From Schmidtea polychroa (Eukaryota), in NCBI GenBank assembly GCA_044892525.1, contig CM097885.1, positions 138,384,001 to 138,448,000 on the forward strand: 64,000 nucleotides of DNA, in the 5' to 3' direction. Numbering within the stretch: position 1 is the first letter of the stretch; every line of letters starts with the position of its first letter. Position numbers and translations under genes: made by a program. Positions 32,201 to 46,931 of this stretch are shown one piece after another. Under the pieces are notes generated by a model, which worked only from the letters and a program-made list of their open reading frames with translations, was not told where the DNA came from and made no database searches.

Positions 32201-33043
32201 ATTAGTATATTGCTCTATAGAGCGTCAGAGTGTCCGTCTCAAACATTTCTATGAGTTTTCATTTTAACCGCCCTACCTTTGGATTATGATTCAAAAAGCA
32301 GGTAAAAAAATATATGGTTTTTTTCATTTTATTTCGCGATAACAATACTTGTTTACAATATACCAGACAAATTTTTTACACAATAAACTCATTTATGACC
32401 TTTTTGTAAAATTTGAAAGTCAGATGCTCTCAACATTAGATGTCACCGAATAATTTTTGTAATAATATTTTATCAAATATATAGTTTTTTGTACTTGAAC
32501 GTACGGGATACGGCTTATTGCGTTCGGGCGATATTATAACGACCGTATCAAGTACATTTATTTGGCTAGGGTGGCTAAGAAGACTTCAAAAATTATCTTT
32601 AAAATATATTTGAAAAGCTTTTGTTTTTAAAATGATTATTAGCAATCATTTTCGACTGTAATCATAACTGAATTCAATAATAACACAATTTAATTATAAG
32701 AATTTCTTTTGATTTTTAATTGACATTAAATTTATTAAAAAATTGGCTATGCAATATCGATGTTTTTTTACATTCACAAATTTTTGATAGAGATTTTTTT
32801 TCAAGTAATTTTTGAAAAAGACTGCCAAAAATTCGTGAATATAAAAAGTAATAAACATCTATATCTTTACTGATTCATAGTCATCTTTTAAATAAATACA
32901 ATTTAATTCCAAAAATGAAATTTTTAATATTATAGATAATATCAAAATTTTATAATCTCAATTTTCTTAAAATTAACTTATTTTTATCAATTTTTAAATT
33001 ATAATACTCACACAAAGATGGCTCATCGAAATTATTGACTTAC

Positions 33044-36000
33044 CCATTTGGATCAAAAATAATAAGTCATAACAAAGACCAATTTCATACTTAATATCTC
33101 AGTAAGCTGCATTATATATATGAAATATTTCTTCCGCTTCTTTTTTAAAAGTAAACTTTTAAAAACCATTAGAAATAAAAATCACAATAGAAATTTCTAA
33201 ATTGCAGTAATTAAAAAAATTTTTAAAACTAAATATTTTATAATATTATTTATTAAAAAATGAAGAACTAGTTAGAGAAGCTTTAAAACATTTTAAGTCC
33301 TTGGGAAAAGTTATATTCTGATTTATTTTATTTGAGCCAATGAGAAAATATAAATAAAAGAAAAGATAGAAATAGTATTTGAAAATTGAAGCAGCTAAAT
33401 CTGAGGAAATAGATAAAGATTATTTTATAGTCGAAATTTTTTTTCATTTTTTTGAATATATACTTCGCAGCACAAGGCTTAAATTATAATTTAATTGTCT
33501 AACATTTTATTAATGCTGCTNNNNNNNNNNNNNNNNNNNNNNNNNNNNNNNNNNNNNNNNNNNNNNNNNNNNNNNNNNNNNNNNNNNNNNNNNNNNNNNN
33601 NNNNNNNNNNNNNNNNNNNNNNNNNNNNNNNNNNNNNNNNNNNNNNNNNGACACTCACTAAGCAGGCACTGATTCTATCAATTAAAGTCTAAAATTTTAA
33701 GATTACCTTTGTACATTTAAAGTACTATTTACTCGTTTCAACTCCTCATCAATAGTAATAGGACTTTCCGGATTTTTATTACGAACAAGGTGTTGTTTAC
33801 CTTGTCGCAATTGTGTGGCACTTTGTAAAACAGGGGGGAAAACTATCCATTTCGGATTTTCTAATTCATTATCTCTCTGTAATTGGGTGACCGATTTCAA
33901 ATTAGATGGGTTGTAGAATACAGAAGTATTCAAATTTTTCGGTATTGGTCGCTAATATTTTATCGAAATATTAAGACGATATTTTAATGCAAGAAATTAA
34001 AATCAAAATAATATGCTTTTGATTAATTTTAAATAATTAAAATTAAATTCGGAATTCCAATAAATTTCGTAAATATTTTGAGAAAATTTTTCTTTTAATA
34101 AGTACATATTTTATTAAATTTTTCTAGAAATATTATTAATACCTGCGAATCTCAAATTTTTTCGTTATACCACCAAGAAAAAGTCTTATAAACGTACTTT
34201 TTGAATAAATTTAGTAAAAATATCTTTTTATGTATCCCTAAGATTGAAGAGTGATTTTCTATAAAAACAGAAAGTATGTGTCTGTCTATCTGTTTGTCAC
34301 AAGATCTTTTCTCAAACGGTGAACAGTAGAGATGTGACATTTGTATATAGGTCAATTGAGCTATTTTAAACTTTAAACTTTTTGTATTTGCAATGTATCC
34401 AAGTATTGAAATTAATTTACAATGACAGTATTAATAAAATTAATTATAATGAATAAAGAATGAATTTGAATATATTCCGGACGAACCTGTAANNNNNNNN
34501 NNNNNNNNNNNNNNNNNNNNNNNNNNNNNNNNNNNNNNNNNNNNNNNNNNNNNNNNNNNNNNNNNNNNNNNNNNNNNNNNNNNNNNNNNNNNNNNNNNNN
34601 NNNNNNNNNNNNNNNNNNNNNNNNNNNNNNNNNNNNNNNNNNNGTAATTAAATTAATGTTCATTACAATTATAGTGAAAAATTGAGATTAAGTTAGTGAT
34701 TGATATATTAATAAATAGTGATTCGTATGTTTTGTCTTTCCTGTTCAACAATTGAACCAAGTGTGCGGAATGAATTGAAAATCACCCAAAGCAGCATTTC
34801 CGATTTATTTTCTGTAATTTGGTTATTTCATTACTATCCCTATGAGCACCGCTAAAATATAAGGTCAACACTATAGAATTATTTATTCAATAGTGCAGGT
34901 TAAATTTTATTTACTTATATTTTAATGTTTTAAGAAGAATGAGGTTTTTTGGGAGACAGCATTTTGATTTCGTGTCCCACCAGTTGGAAAACTCAAATCT
35001 CGAAGCACTCAGTTCGAAATTATACAAGTCTCTCAATTTTACGAAATTAAAATAAACAAACATGATGAGCAGGATTTGTTCATGGGAGGGCCCAAGGCTA
35101 AAAATCTTATGGGACACTTATAATTTTTGAAAAAATATTGTGCTTTCGTGAAATTTTTACTTTGGAAAGGTATTATATTAAATATAATATGTAATATAAT
35201 TAAATACTTCTTTACTTATATTACATAAATATAATAATCTGCAAATAATTAAAAGATGTAATAAGTTTTAATAATAATAATACAAAATTTGGGGCCTCCA
35301 CCAGCCGGGCCCTAGGTTTCAGCCTTGTTAGCTTAAAGTTAAATTCAGGCCTGGACATGATACACTGACAAGTTGTAATACTTTAGGAAACAGCTCTTCT
35401 TTTTGATGGTCTGTACTGTAAAATTTTTATGTACTTAAGTGCTGCTCTTCTTATGTTATGACCTTCTTGTACTTGGATAATATTGTAAAAATCAATGATT
35501 TTAGCTTTGGTTATATGGATTTTCAAAAAGATGGACGAGATACAGAAAATAGAAAGTAAATTGGGAAATATTTTGAAGACAGATCATTGTGTTAGAAAAT
35601 CACAAAATTGTTATTGATAACAATGAACTCCTCAATGAAGTTAGGTGAATAAACATGTATTGTTCCACCAAAACATGATTTGAATGGATTAAAAATAAAA
35701 TAGAGATTGGATAAAAATAAACAAAGATGAACATATTCCTGATAAAAATTTGAAATTACTTGTATTTTCCATTATTAATGATTTATGGAGTACTGACAAA
35801 TCGAGCTTAAAAATTTAAACTTTATAAGCATTGAGTTCAGTGAAGATGAATCTCTAGTATACATGTGAAAGCTTTTGTAATATTTCCAAAAAAAATAAGA
35901 AATTATTAAAAAAAATTCACTCAATTGAAAGTATCATTTAAAAAATGACAATAACTTTTTTCTTACTTATTTTTTTTGTTAGCGCAGAATAACACGCACA

Positions 36001-36803
36001 TTTTATCTTTTGTACTGCTTTAGGGTTAAAAAATTTTAGCCATCTAAAATTTATATAAGTTTCGATTTTGAAATCTGACATTGAAACTCCCAAAAATCAA
36101 TTCGAATTTCATTTATTTATTTTATTGTTAATTAATTATTTTAATATATCTTTAAGAAACATGAGTGTAATCAAATACAAGATTATATTGTACAATCTAT
36201 AAATAAACTATATATATCAAGATAGATAACGAATTTTATTTTTTCAAAATTTATTTTGATATAAAATAGGTCAAATTTTGTCCGATAAAACTAAATTGTT
36301 TATCAATACTACGTTGAACTGTATTAAATAATTATTAACTGATTATATGGAATTAGACTAATGTATCAAAATTGTATAAGTAATTCAAAGCTTATAGTAA
36401 CAATAGTAGTTCATACAAAATTAATACTAATACATAGAATAAAAAAGCATGTAATAATTTTACTTGATTCTCTTTCTTAGAAATTAACAAATCAGAATCA
36501 ATTTGTTTGTGCATCAATGACGGAGAACTGATAAGAGAACCTTTGTTAATTGATGGATTATTACTATGATTATTCCCTCCCATAACCATTTGCAAAGGAT
36601 GCATTGTATTCATGCCAATATTATTGGGGAACAATCGCTGATCATGATTGATCATATTGGGATTATATTTGCTCCCGTTTGACATATTACTTGGCAAATT
36701 TGAATACCGATTTGGAATACTAGATCTATCCATGTTTGGTGCTTGCTGCCGAATTGGAAATTTGCTATTTGATGCATATAAATCCATCAATCGACAACTA
36801 TTG
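33044..36803 (-). CDS. PAN3: Probable upstream PAN3 exons (low-complexity N-terminal region); incomplete because of gaps
   Basis: Candidate exons: 36803-36464 (Asn/Pro/Met-rich), 33951-33707, and one ending at 33044 (DIKYEI...IQM, G|GTAAGT, phase matches 30653). Start codon and exons near the gaps are unresolved. Confidence 0.5.
33521..33649. other. Assembly gap
   Basis: 129 N. Confidence 1.
34493..34643. other. Assembly gap
   Basis: 151 N. Confidence 1.
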
Positions 36804-37836
36804 CTTGCAAAATCAATCTAATAAATAATTTCAATATTTCACATTGTTATTGATTTTTTTTAATTTTTCACTGAGCATAGAATAAATATTCCTACGTACT
36901 TTATGTTACTAAAATTTGAATGAAAAGAAGCTTTTCATAACTGAATTATGATTTCTTAATTCAGCCAATAAAAATTCGCACTCGCTAATTCCATGCTTGT
37001 TTAGGATATGATCAAACATAATTATCATCTATATTCTAACTAAATTTTATATCCTCCCAGAATAAAACATGGAAGCTTTTTCTTTCATGAAGTGTGAAAG
37101 TTGGAAAAAAAATTTAAATAAAGCTTGCTTGCGTATTTAAACATGAATTTTTTGAATGACATGGCAGTTACGACTAAAATTTACGACTAAATAAAGATCT
37201 TTTCAGTTTCGATTATAATGAATATACAATACGAATAAACTCCCTTAACTCTCACTCTCGTTCAATAAAGTTTAAAATACTGGGCCCGGGAAATATATCC
37301 CATTTTGTATTTATATTTTTGTATTAGATTAAATTACAAATATTTGTAAAGGATAAACTAATATTGTACCGATTATGTTTACATCTTTAATTACTGGTAA
37401 TTGACAACTACAAAAATATTTTCTTTTTCACACTGATTACTTATTTTAGAAAAGATAAATAATACAGATTATATTACATTTATACAACATAACACATTTA
37501 TTCAATGCATGAGTTACATATGTTGTAAATGGATAAGTGGATAAGACTTAGTCTTCAATAAGTTCAGGCAACTTATTTGTGAGAAAATGAATACAAATTA
37601 CTCATGTCATATAAATATAAGACCCAACAATATGATACAACACAAACATTAATAGAAAATCAATATTGGTACTTCGACCTTAAAGCTGTATTAAGATTCT
37701 CATCTAACCAAACATGAATGTTGTAGCAATTATTGAAAATAAAATTTTAGATAAAAACTGGATCTGAAGTAAAAACTATTTATGAACCATTGACAAAAGG
37801 TAACTATTGCTTGAACACCTTGAATATGATATGGAT

Positions 37837-38013
37837 NNNNNNNNNNNNNNNNNNNNNNNNNNNNNNNNNNNNNNNNNNNNNNNNNNNNNNNNNNNNNNNN
37901 NNNNNNNNNNNNNNNNNNNNNNNNNNNNNNNNNNNNNNNNNNNNNNNNNNNNNNNNNNNNNNNNNNNNNNNNNNNNNNNNNNNNNNNNNNNNNNNNNNNN
38001 NNNNNNNNNNNNN
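37837..38013. other. Assembly gap
   Basis: 177 N. Confidence 1.
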
Positions 38014-38475
38014 TATGAAATAAATGTCATTTCAAAATTTGAAAAACAATAAATTTTAATTTTAATAATTCTAAAACGTAAATTAAATAATAAATCACTT
38101 TAAGAATATTCAAACCAACTATTTTCAGTATTTTTATTAATCAAACTTTATGGAATATATCTGTTGAAAGCATTTTTAGACACAAGTTTTATCCGAATCT
38201 TTTATATGCGAAATATCACGGTTTCAAATCATTTTCAAATATATATAATTTTTTTCAGAATTCAAAAACCCGATAAAATTCTAAGTTGTAGCGCTCTAAA
38301 CACAAATTTCGATCTGTGTCATCGACAATGAGTCTATTCGCCAAGCTTCATTTGATGATTGGAAGTGGGGGTTATTGGCCTTCACGAGATTTAGTTACAG
38401 TACAAAAAATCATACAATAATTCCTTAATACCGAACAGAATACACAGTTTATAATATATTCAGAGATTTCTGAAA

Positions 38476-38580
38476 TCTGTCTATATAAAGAAGAATGTAT
38501 GTCTGTCTGTTCGCTATTTTTTGAGTCCCTGTAACAGCTAACACCACCAATTTTTCCATGAGGCTCCCATGGTTTCCTGG
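38476..38580 (+). mobile_element. Helitron-like 5' terminus remnant
   Basis: TCTGTCTATATAAAGAAGAATGTATGTCTGTCTG resembles the Helitron 5' end seen at 50484. Confidence 0.35.
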
Positions 38581-39189
38581 ACAGGTCAACATGGGGTTGG
38601 TTTGACCATCGCCACTGAAGGGGGTGCTCTACCCCCCCCATTTTTTGGAAAAATTTATTCATAAATATCCAATTAATAAATATTTATTTTTTCATTACAA
38701 TGCAGTTTGATATACAATGTTTCGGGTTTTACTTTCAGGATCAAAGACGTACAAATTCTTCCCAGTTCCTATTCTTGAACACGCCACATGGGAAAAGCAA
38801 GGAGTTCCTAGATTAATAATAAAACAAATAAAACAAAGAAACTCAATAGACAATATTTAGAATCCGGGTTTACATCCTCCGTGGAAATGATTATCATATT
38901 CCAGTATTCATAGTTTGTGGAGAAAACTTTCTAATAGTGCGATTGGACCGATAAAATTAAGCGGCATTTTAAACAAAACATGCTACTCTCAAATGCCAAA
39001 ACAAGAGTTATTTTGAAAGATTGCTAAAAAATAATATTGAACAAGACAATAAATTTAGAAAAACAGTGTCAGTGTTTGATTTTCGTTTTGGAGAACATGT
39101 ATAATTCAAAAAAGAACAATAAACGTGTTTCAGAATTCAAAATCACAATTCCTATGAAAAAATGCCTATTATTACTCAACATTTAGAAT

Positions 39190-39911
39190 TATTAGAAAAA
39201 AAATTGCTAAATATTTCCCTGGTTTAAATATTGAAAATTATGACTGATTTCGAAATCCATTTGCCGCAGCTGACAGATCAAATTATCATTTATCGTCAAC
39301 AGAAGAGGAAGAATTTATTACGTTATCAACAGATCGTTCTCTCAAATTGAAAATTTCCGAATTAACAATTGAAGAATTTTGGATATCCATTCAAACCGAA
39401 CTTAAAACAATTTCTGAAAAAGTCATTAAACTTTTATTACAATTGCCAACCTCATATTTATGCGAGCTTGGTTTTTCAGCATTAACCAATATCAAGACAA
39501 TGAAACGTGAAAGGCTGGTAAATATAAAAGAAGACATGCGTAACAGGCATTGCTACTATTTGCAAAAATCGCCAGGCTCAAGTTACCTCATTAAAATGAT
39601 TCAATTCAAATATTATTAATAATATTCTTAATTTATCTGTATTTTCATTGTAATTGTATTTTTCAATAAATTCAGAAATATATGCTTTTTCAGAATTCAA
39701 TTTAGTTTCATTTCTACATTGAAATGTTTTAAAATTGCAATTTCAAGGGTACTTTTTCAAAAAAATTCTCGCAGTGTGAGGCCTCTTCCATGCAAAACCA
39801 ACCATAACGTTTAGATAGGTTTTGCGCTTAGTTGAAAAGACCACAGTTTTTCCGCCAAAAATTTTGAGCTAACAAAGTGCTTCTTCATTACTAAAAATTT
39901 AAGAACCACTG
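39190..39911 (+). mobile_element. 3' fragment of a Buster-type hAT transposon (ZBED8/SCAND3/FAM200-like)
   Basis: RNPF...EEF..LSTD...FW...LPTSYLCELGFSALTNIKT.KRERL. TIR TTTAAGAACCACTG ends at 39911, followed by CTATAGTC. Confidence 0.85.
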
Positions 39912-42900
39912 CTATAGTCTAAAAACTGTATCTTCATCATTTTCATATTGTTACAGAAGTTATATGGTTACTACTAAATTGTTTTTTGTATCAAGACGTC
40001 CAAATACAATGAATCCACTTGTCACTAACTTTACTAATATTAAGGTAACATTTAATGTTTCTACACTCCCAACGCTTATTTCAAGCATTTATAATATTGT
40101 TTGCGATATTCTCAAATAAGTGTTTGTCTTCGTTGGTTGCGATTCATGTCCGACTAATACATAGTTCATTTTCAAATCTTCCTCGACTTTATCTGAATGA
40201 TTTAAACTAATCAGACACTGGACTGAAACAATCACGCCAAAGCTAACTAAGTCCCCCTTGGTATGACAGTTACACAAACATTCTATGGATATATGTACTA
40301 ATCCATTTCGATGTGAAATATAATGTCTTCAAATCAGTCGACCCATTGGACAGTGTTTATTTTGCTTTCGAAAAAGATTCCAAATTTCTTAATCATCTAC
40401 TAAGTTATTTGAATCTTGAATTTAAACATAGACATTACCATATTACACATCTTCGAAAATACAGTAAATATATTGAAAATGACATATTTATAATGTCGAT
40501 TAGCTTATTATACTACTTGTTTTCAGTTCACATTTGCATACTGATCAATTCCATACATTCTCTACTCTCTGTCGACACACGTTGGTTTTTTAATTTATTA
40601 CCGCTTCGTTGGTACACAATTTCACTTTCATGGATGTTAATTAAGATATACACAACTTTCTCGTTTTCCATTGAAATTAAATAGGCATAAAGAAAAATAT
40701 CACTCTTTCATCTTTCCCATTCATTTACAGGCTCGGCGTGCACCACTTTTATTTCCAAACTCATTGGAAAGCGTAAGATTTGGCATATTATGTCCTTTAT
40801 TTAAATACGACTACATAAAATTCATAACTACTGAATAGCCTAATTTAAGTATAGTATTCAAAATAGTTTTGGTCATGCCACCTACCAATTTGAACAACTT
40901 TAACTCAAATCTCTGGCCTTAAAGAAAAAAAATCCTTTCCACGGAGCCATATTTTAATCAGGTATAATGAACTTGGAAATTTGTTTAGTCAAAAACTTGG
41001 ATAAATAAAATTTTAGAAATACATTCCACTACAGCTCTGATTTCATCTAAGATAAAAATATACATCTAGCGTTATCATATTAATTTCAAAATTAATATTA
41101 ACAAGATGATTGCTACATCATCTATATATTTGAGAGACAACTAATTTCATTAGACTCTGCAGCGGGCATGTCCCACATATACCGTTTTAACCGAGTTATA
41201 TCATACATAAGCGTTTAAATTAGTACGATCCTTTAAAAAGTGACATTGAACAAATATAATAATTTTTGAAACTGAAATATTTCAGTTTTTATTTTATTTA
41301 ATTAAGTATTTAAACTTGTTTCATTAAATTTCAAGCCAATTCTCAAAGACAGACTATTCAAATTACACAATAAATAAATCGATTTCTAACAATATGATGT
41401 ATATAAAATTTAATTTAATGGAATAAATTAAAAATGAAATAACCGTAATTCAACTCTTTACAGAATTTTAACAGTTGAATATAAATTTAGACTATAAAAA
41501 CTATTTCCAAGCATAATTTTACGTCAACTATAAACCCTGGATTTAAATTACGTTAAATAAGAATAAGTAAATAGTTATGTTGTGACTAAATCACTTATTT
41601 AATCACACATTGTTCTAACTCAACAGTAACTAAACTTAAAACCACTGCAAAGTTTTAAATAACCACATTTTCAAATTGATTATTGTAGCAACGGCCATTA
41701 ATTGGATAAAAACCAAAGATAGAATTAAACTAAATCATTATTAATTCAAAATTATTTAAATTATATTAAATGTATTATAAAATTAAAATTCATACGCCAT
41801 AATTGTTAACTGACGTTGCTTGCATGCTAGATGTTAAATTGTCTATGTTATAATTTGAGTTGTTTGATGGAATTATTAAGTTGGTATTACTATTGGATTT
41901 ATTCGGAAAATAATTTCCTTCTTGATTAGAAATCTTTAAAATGAATATTAATTATAAATTGATACTACTTAATTATTACCATTTGAAGATATTTAGCTGG
42001 ATTACCGTAGTCGAATTGAACATTAGCAAACCTTTCATTCATGCTGAAATTTCATCAAGGCTAGAAATTGACAAAAATTAAAATTAAATATAATTCAGAA
42101 ATAAATTATATTTTTTTAAAAAATCCAAAATTATGCACAGAGGCATAATTATATTTACATATTTGATATTTGTAATTTATAAATTACAATTACCTTCATT
42201 TATATGCAGATTTTAAACAAAGAATCAATACATTTAAAGAAATTAAGTATATTTTCACGTGTTTTGAGGGTCAGTATTTAAAACTTTATAAAGTATTTAT
42301 ATTAATATGTAATTATTACCTAATTGCCTATAATTAAATTGCGATATAAAACTAACTGAGATTATATTTATTAAAATTTTTAATAAATTTCAAAACTTGT
42401 TTTCTGATTGCATATTAGATTACCAGAATTGTTTAACATTAAAACTTTCCACAGTTTAAATTTACAAAGGCAAAAGTTTGTGAAGCATACAAATATTTAA
42501 TAAAAAAGATTTAATTATATATCACTATGATTTTTATGGTTTTGTTGGACTAAAATTTAGTAATTTGAGATTCATTATAAAGTGTTGAAAAACGCATATC
42601 GTTCTTGACAAAGACTGAAATAGAAGATGTCATTTAAATACAGTAGAAACTAGTGGGTTACGAATTGGAAAAATTCATAGTATTCACATTTATTTGCATC
42701 TCTCACTCACATTTTTTTCCATATCCCCACCATAACTATTGTTTCCTACTAAGTGCTCATCATATGCGACAATTGTTGTTTACAGGGAAGATAAAATAAA
42801 AACGAAATGATGTGTGCGGCTCCTGGGTAAACGCTTCATGACTATTGTTTACCGATCTGTGTACCCATGACGATAGCCGTGTTAGTTATGCACACAGTCA

Positions 42901-45900
42901 TCCGGAGTTAAGAAACAGTTGAGCTTATATGTTAAAACTACTCTCTCCTACACTATCTGAACGGGTTCGAGACTGCCAATAGAAGACCTTACGTCCATGA
43001 CAAAGATGATGAATTGGTACGATAACAACACGTCAAAATTGGTGGTCCTCAGAATCTACGAGAAGTATTAATTTATTCATGAACCTTGAACAAAACCTCT
43101 CAATTAAGAGGAATGTAATAATACATTTAAGGATAAATTAAAATGAGAAATTAAAGATGTACAACAAATGTTATTTAATAAAACCCTATCAATCAAAATT
43201 ATGACAAAAGGTTTTAGTTCAAAATGTTCCAGAGGGGTTACGCCCCATTCCATTTGATATCGGAAAACAACTCATATTGGTTGAAAATGCTGGAATCTGC
43301 TGTGAAAGAGAAAATCATGCCGGATGCAGATAAATCGAGTTTGGATCGATCAATAGTCGTACACAAAAAGCTGAGCGTGGCCACTTCATTTTCGTCGTTT
43401 CTTAGCGTTGTGTTTCGACCGCGTTAAGTTGCGTTTCTTAGTCTTTGGTAGTACCGCTGGGTGTATCGATTGGCGGTGCAAAGATTGATGACTACCGAAG
43501 GCTTCGTAGAACTAGTTGATGCAGTAGGAATCGGGACCGATGAGGCTGTTACTAAAAATGAGTACCTGGTACAGACTGTCAATCGTAATATATCTTCGGT
43601 AGTGACTAGATGGTGCTCTAGAATGAAGTTAGTCTTTTCTGTGGAGCTAAATCCCTGTATTCGCGGTTCCAGTTAGCGCTTCGTATATACTTGATACAAA
43701 GCTTGCGACTGCTCTTGTATCATGATCCGCATAGCCCTACTCTCATTGATCAATCTATCTCGACGATGTTCCAGCCTGAGTATTTTTTGAGTAGATTTTT
43801 TCATCAGGAGGGAGATAAACCAGGTCCCCTCCAGTTAGTCTACAATAATATCCGGCAATTTGATTTTCTCCTGCAGTGTTGGATGAAGGTGTTCTTGTCC
43901 GAATACGAGAAGCAGGGTTGGAGTTGAACTTTTGATTTTGCCATTGTTACTCCAATGAAGAAAATAAAGATAATGTATAACAAGAGTTAAGATGCTAACT
44001 ATGATCATTAGTCAAGGTTTTATATAACGTAATGAGGTGATTTAGATAAGTCTGTAAACCGCCAAAACCCGGTGATGACAACAATGTTTTTGCCCTATGA
44101 GTTTATAGTATTAACCAGGATGTTAAAGTTTTGAGGTACCTCATGTCTTCACTCTCAATTACTAACTACTGTTGGGCTGAAAACGAGTACTGAGAGTTTG
44201 TTTTAATCGATCGAAAATACCTAACACAAAAACCGCAAAGTTGAAAAAATTTATGACCAAGGTTTAATTTAAAATAAATAAAATAAACTACATTACACAT
44301 TAAGAATCAATAAACCCCGTATAATAGAATAAAGAGATAAATAAATTTAACAGAAAATTCAACACTTAAAAATTTAAATAGAAAAATAATAAAATAGAAA
44401 ATGGAATTAGTTGAAAATTATTTAAACAATATAAAAATTAATCGTCAAAAATAATAAAATTAATTAGCATTATGTAAATTGTAAAGTTTATAGAATTAAA
44501 TGGTTATTTAACTTATTAAATTTAAAGAATAAAAATGTTTAAATTAATAAAAATTAATATAACTCAAATTAGTTAAATTATAAAATTTGTAAAATTAAAA
44601 TTAATAAAAATTAAATAAGAAATTAATTAAATTTATGAAATTAAAACAAATAAATAATTACACACATTCATGCATGTGTGCAAAATCAATTCAATAATTC
44701 TCGCACTCTGATTGGATAGAGTACGCATTCAAAATCAGTATAAATACTGATCACAAATTCAATTGAAAAACACTCTCTCACTTTTTCCAACATAGCCACT
44801 TAATTTGCAGAACTCTCAGTTTCGATTTTATGCCAACGTGGATGTGGTAATTTATTTGTTATTGTTTTCTGTAATTTTTATGGAGTATTTTAATTAATAA
44901 ATTTTATATGCTATTAATGTTTCGGTTAAATTTTCTTTAGTGATCCTTTTTAATGGTTTAAATTCATTTATTCTAAATCATAGTTTTTATTGAATTCAAT
45001 TATATTATTTGTTGATTGTGTCGATGGACTGGGCTGGGCAAAAGTTTGTGGACGGGCGGCACTACGTGCTGTTGTTCGGCAGATATTTCGCCGGTTGAGT
45101 CCATCGAGTTAGCGGACAGTGATAGTGATAGGAATGATTAGGGAGTGTAATGTCATTTTAGGCCGTTGAGGATTATATTTAGATTTAGATAATGCAGGTG
45201 GCTTAGTCACCTTTATTTTTTTTGATATAAGTGAGTTGGGAGCGAAGATGGAATAGGTTGAGACCAGTTGAAGATGGATAAAGTTAGATTTATGTAATTT
45301 TTCCGACAGCTCAGGATTAGAAACACAGGCAGATCCCTGCTCAAAATCTTTGAAGAACAATTTAAATATTATGGCAAGTGTGGATTAACTTGAAAATAAG
45401 GGCCAATCCCTGCGCGGGTTTTTCAGGGGGTGATTTGAGTATTGTGGGAGGTGTAGAACAATAATTACTAGCTGGGAAATAAGGACGGATCCCTGCACAA
45501 AATTTTATAAGAGAACAATTAAAAATACCCGTAATTGAGGACCAACATCGATCCAAAAATAGCATATATAGTGAATAAGGACGTAAGACCTTCTATCGGC
45601 AGTCTAGAACCCGAAAAGAAAATCCAATGGGGAGTAGTTTTAGTAATAGAGCTCACCTGCTCATTGTTTTTTCACCTTTGTGTACAGTACCAACATGGTC
45701 GTCGCCATGGGTACACAAATGGTTTAAATTGCAATAGTCATGGAGGTGCTTAGGAAAGAGTCGAACGATTATGATTACCCCTAACGTATTTTAAATTGTA
45801 AAAAGGGCACACCCCTAAGTAACCAACACTACCACGTGTGTAATCGTTCTCGATATGACCTGATAATATAACAACCAAATAACGAAATTCCTAATGGTAA

Positions 45901-46049
45901 TATGAACGCCGTCGACAGAATTTAGAATAGGACTTACAATAATAATACTAATGCTAATTTTTGTTCTGATAAGAGGGACAAAATAATAATTTTTATAGGT
46001 TTAACAATAGTGGCATTAATAATAATAATATTCATAATGGTAATAAATA

Positions 46050-46199
46050 NNNNNNNNNNNNNNNNNNNNNNNNNNNNNNNNNNNNNNNNNNNNNNNNNNN
46101 NNNNNNNNNNNNNNNNNNNNNNNNNNNNNNNNNNNNNNNNNNNNNNNNNNNNNNNNNNNNNNNNNNNNNNNNNNNNNNNNNNNNNNNNNNNNNNNNNNN
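46050..46199. other. Assembly gap
   Basis: 150 N. Confidence 1.
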
Positions 46200-46249
46200 T
46201 CTATCAGAATTTCAGATACGATTGAGTCCGTTGAGAATAGTGTTAGACT

Positions 46250-46798
46250 TTAACCACAAACATCAACAAGGAGACGATCTTCAGAACTTGGGATATCAAG
46301 AACGTCACTAAGAAGAATTTTAGCAATTGATTTAGAGATTGATTTAGATGGCAGCATATAAGGTTCAAATCAGCCAAAAATTAAATACTGGGGATTATTC
46401 AAAAAGGCTTGAATATGCAAACAAACTTTTGTCGATTTTTAATAAAGATCAAAGTTTTATTCATAAACTTATGATGTCAGACGAAGCTCATTTTGAACTT
46501 GGTGGATATGTAAATCGACAAAATATGCGGTTTTGTGGAAAGGAAAGTCCTGAAGTTATCATTGAACGTCAAGCACATCTTCTAAGATGCACAGTTTGGT
46601 GTGGAAAATGTGGTTGATCGAGCTCAAGAATGCCAACGATGTGATGGAAAAATACTCAAAAATATAATATTTAAAAAATAATATTTTCAATATTTTAATT
46701 TTTATTTATTTTATTTTTAAAGCTGTTGGTGTCTATATATGTTCTGTCGATAGTTATTAAAAAAATAAAATAGAGCGTTACTTTTGGCCCACCCTGCA
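46250..46798 (+). mobile_element. Tc1/mariner transposase fragment with 3' TIR
   Basis: YKVQISQKL...D..KRLEYA...MSDEAHFEL.GYVNRQN.RF...E.P...H..RCTVWCG. TIR-like CGTTACTTTTGGCCCACCCTG ends at 46796. Confidence 0.85.
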
Positions 46799-46931
46799 TA
46801 TAAGTTAGATATCTTGTTGTTTTAATAATTAGGAATTTGCGGTTTTTGTGAATTAATTAAAACTTGTTATTTATAAATTCTTTGATTAAATATATATTGT
46901 TAGTTTCAAGATTTTTGCTGCAAATTTAAAG

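Noticed and set aside
33495-46225. ORFs containing poly-X in the ORF track
   Set aside because: Artefacts of reading through N-gaps.
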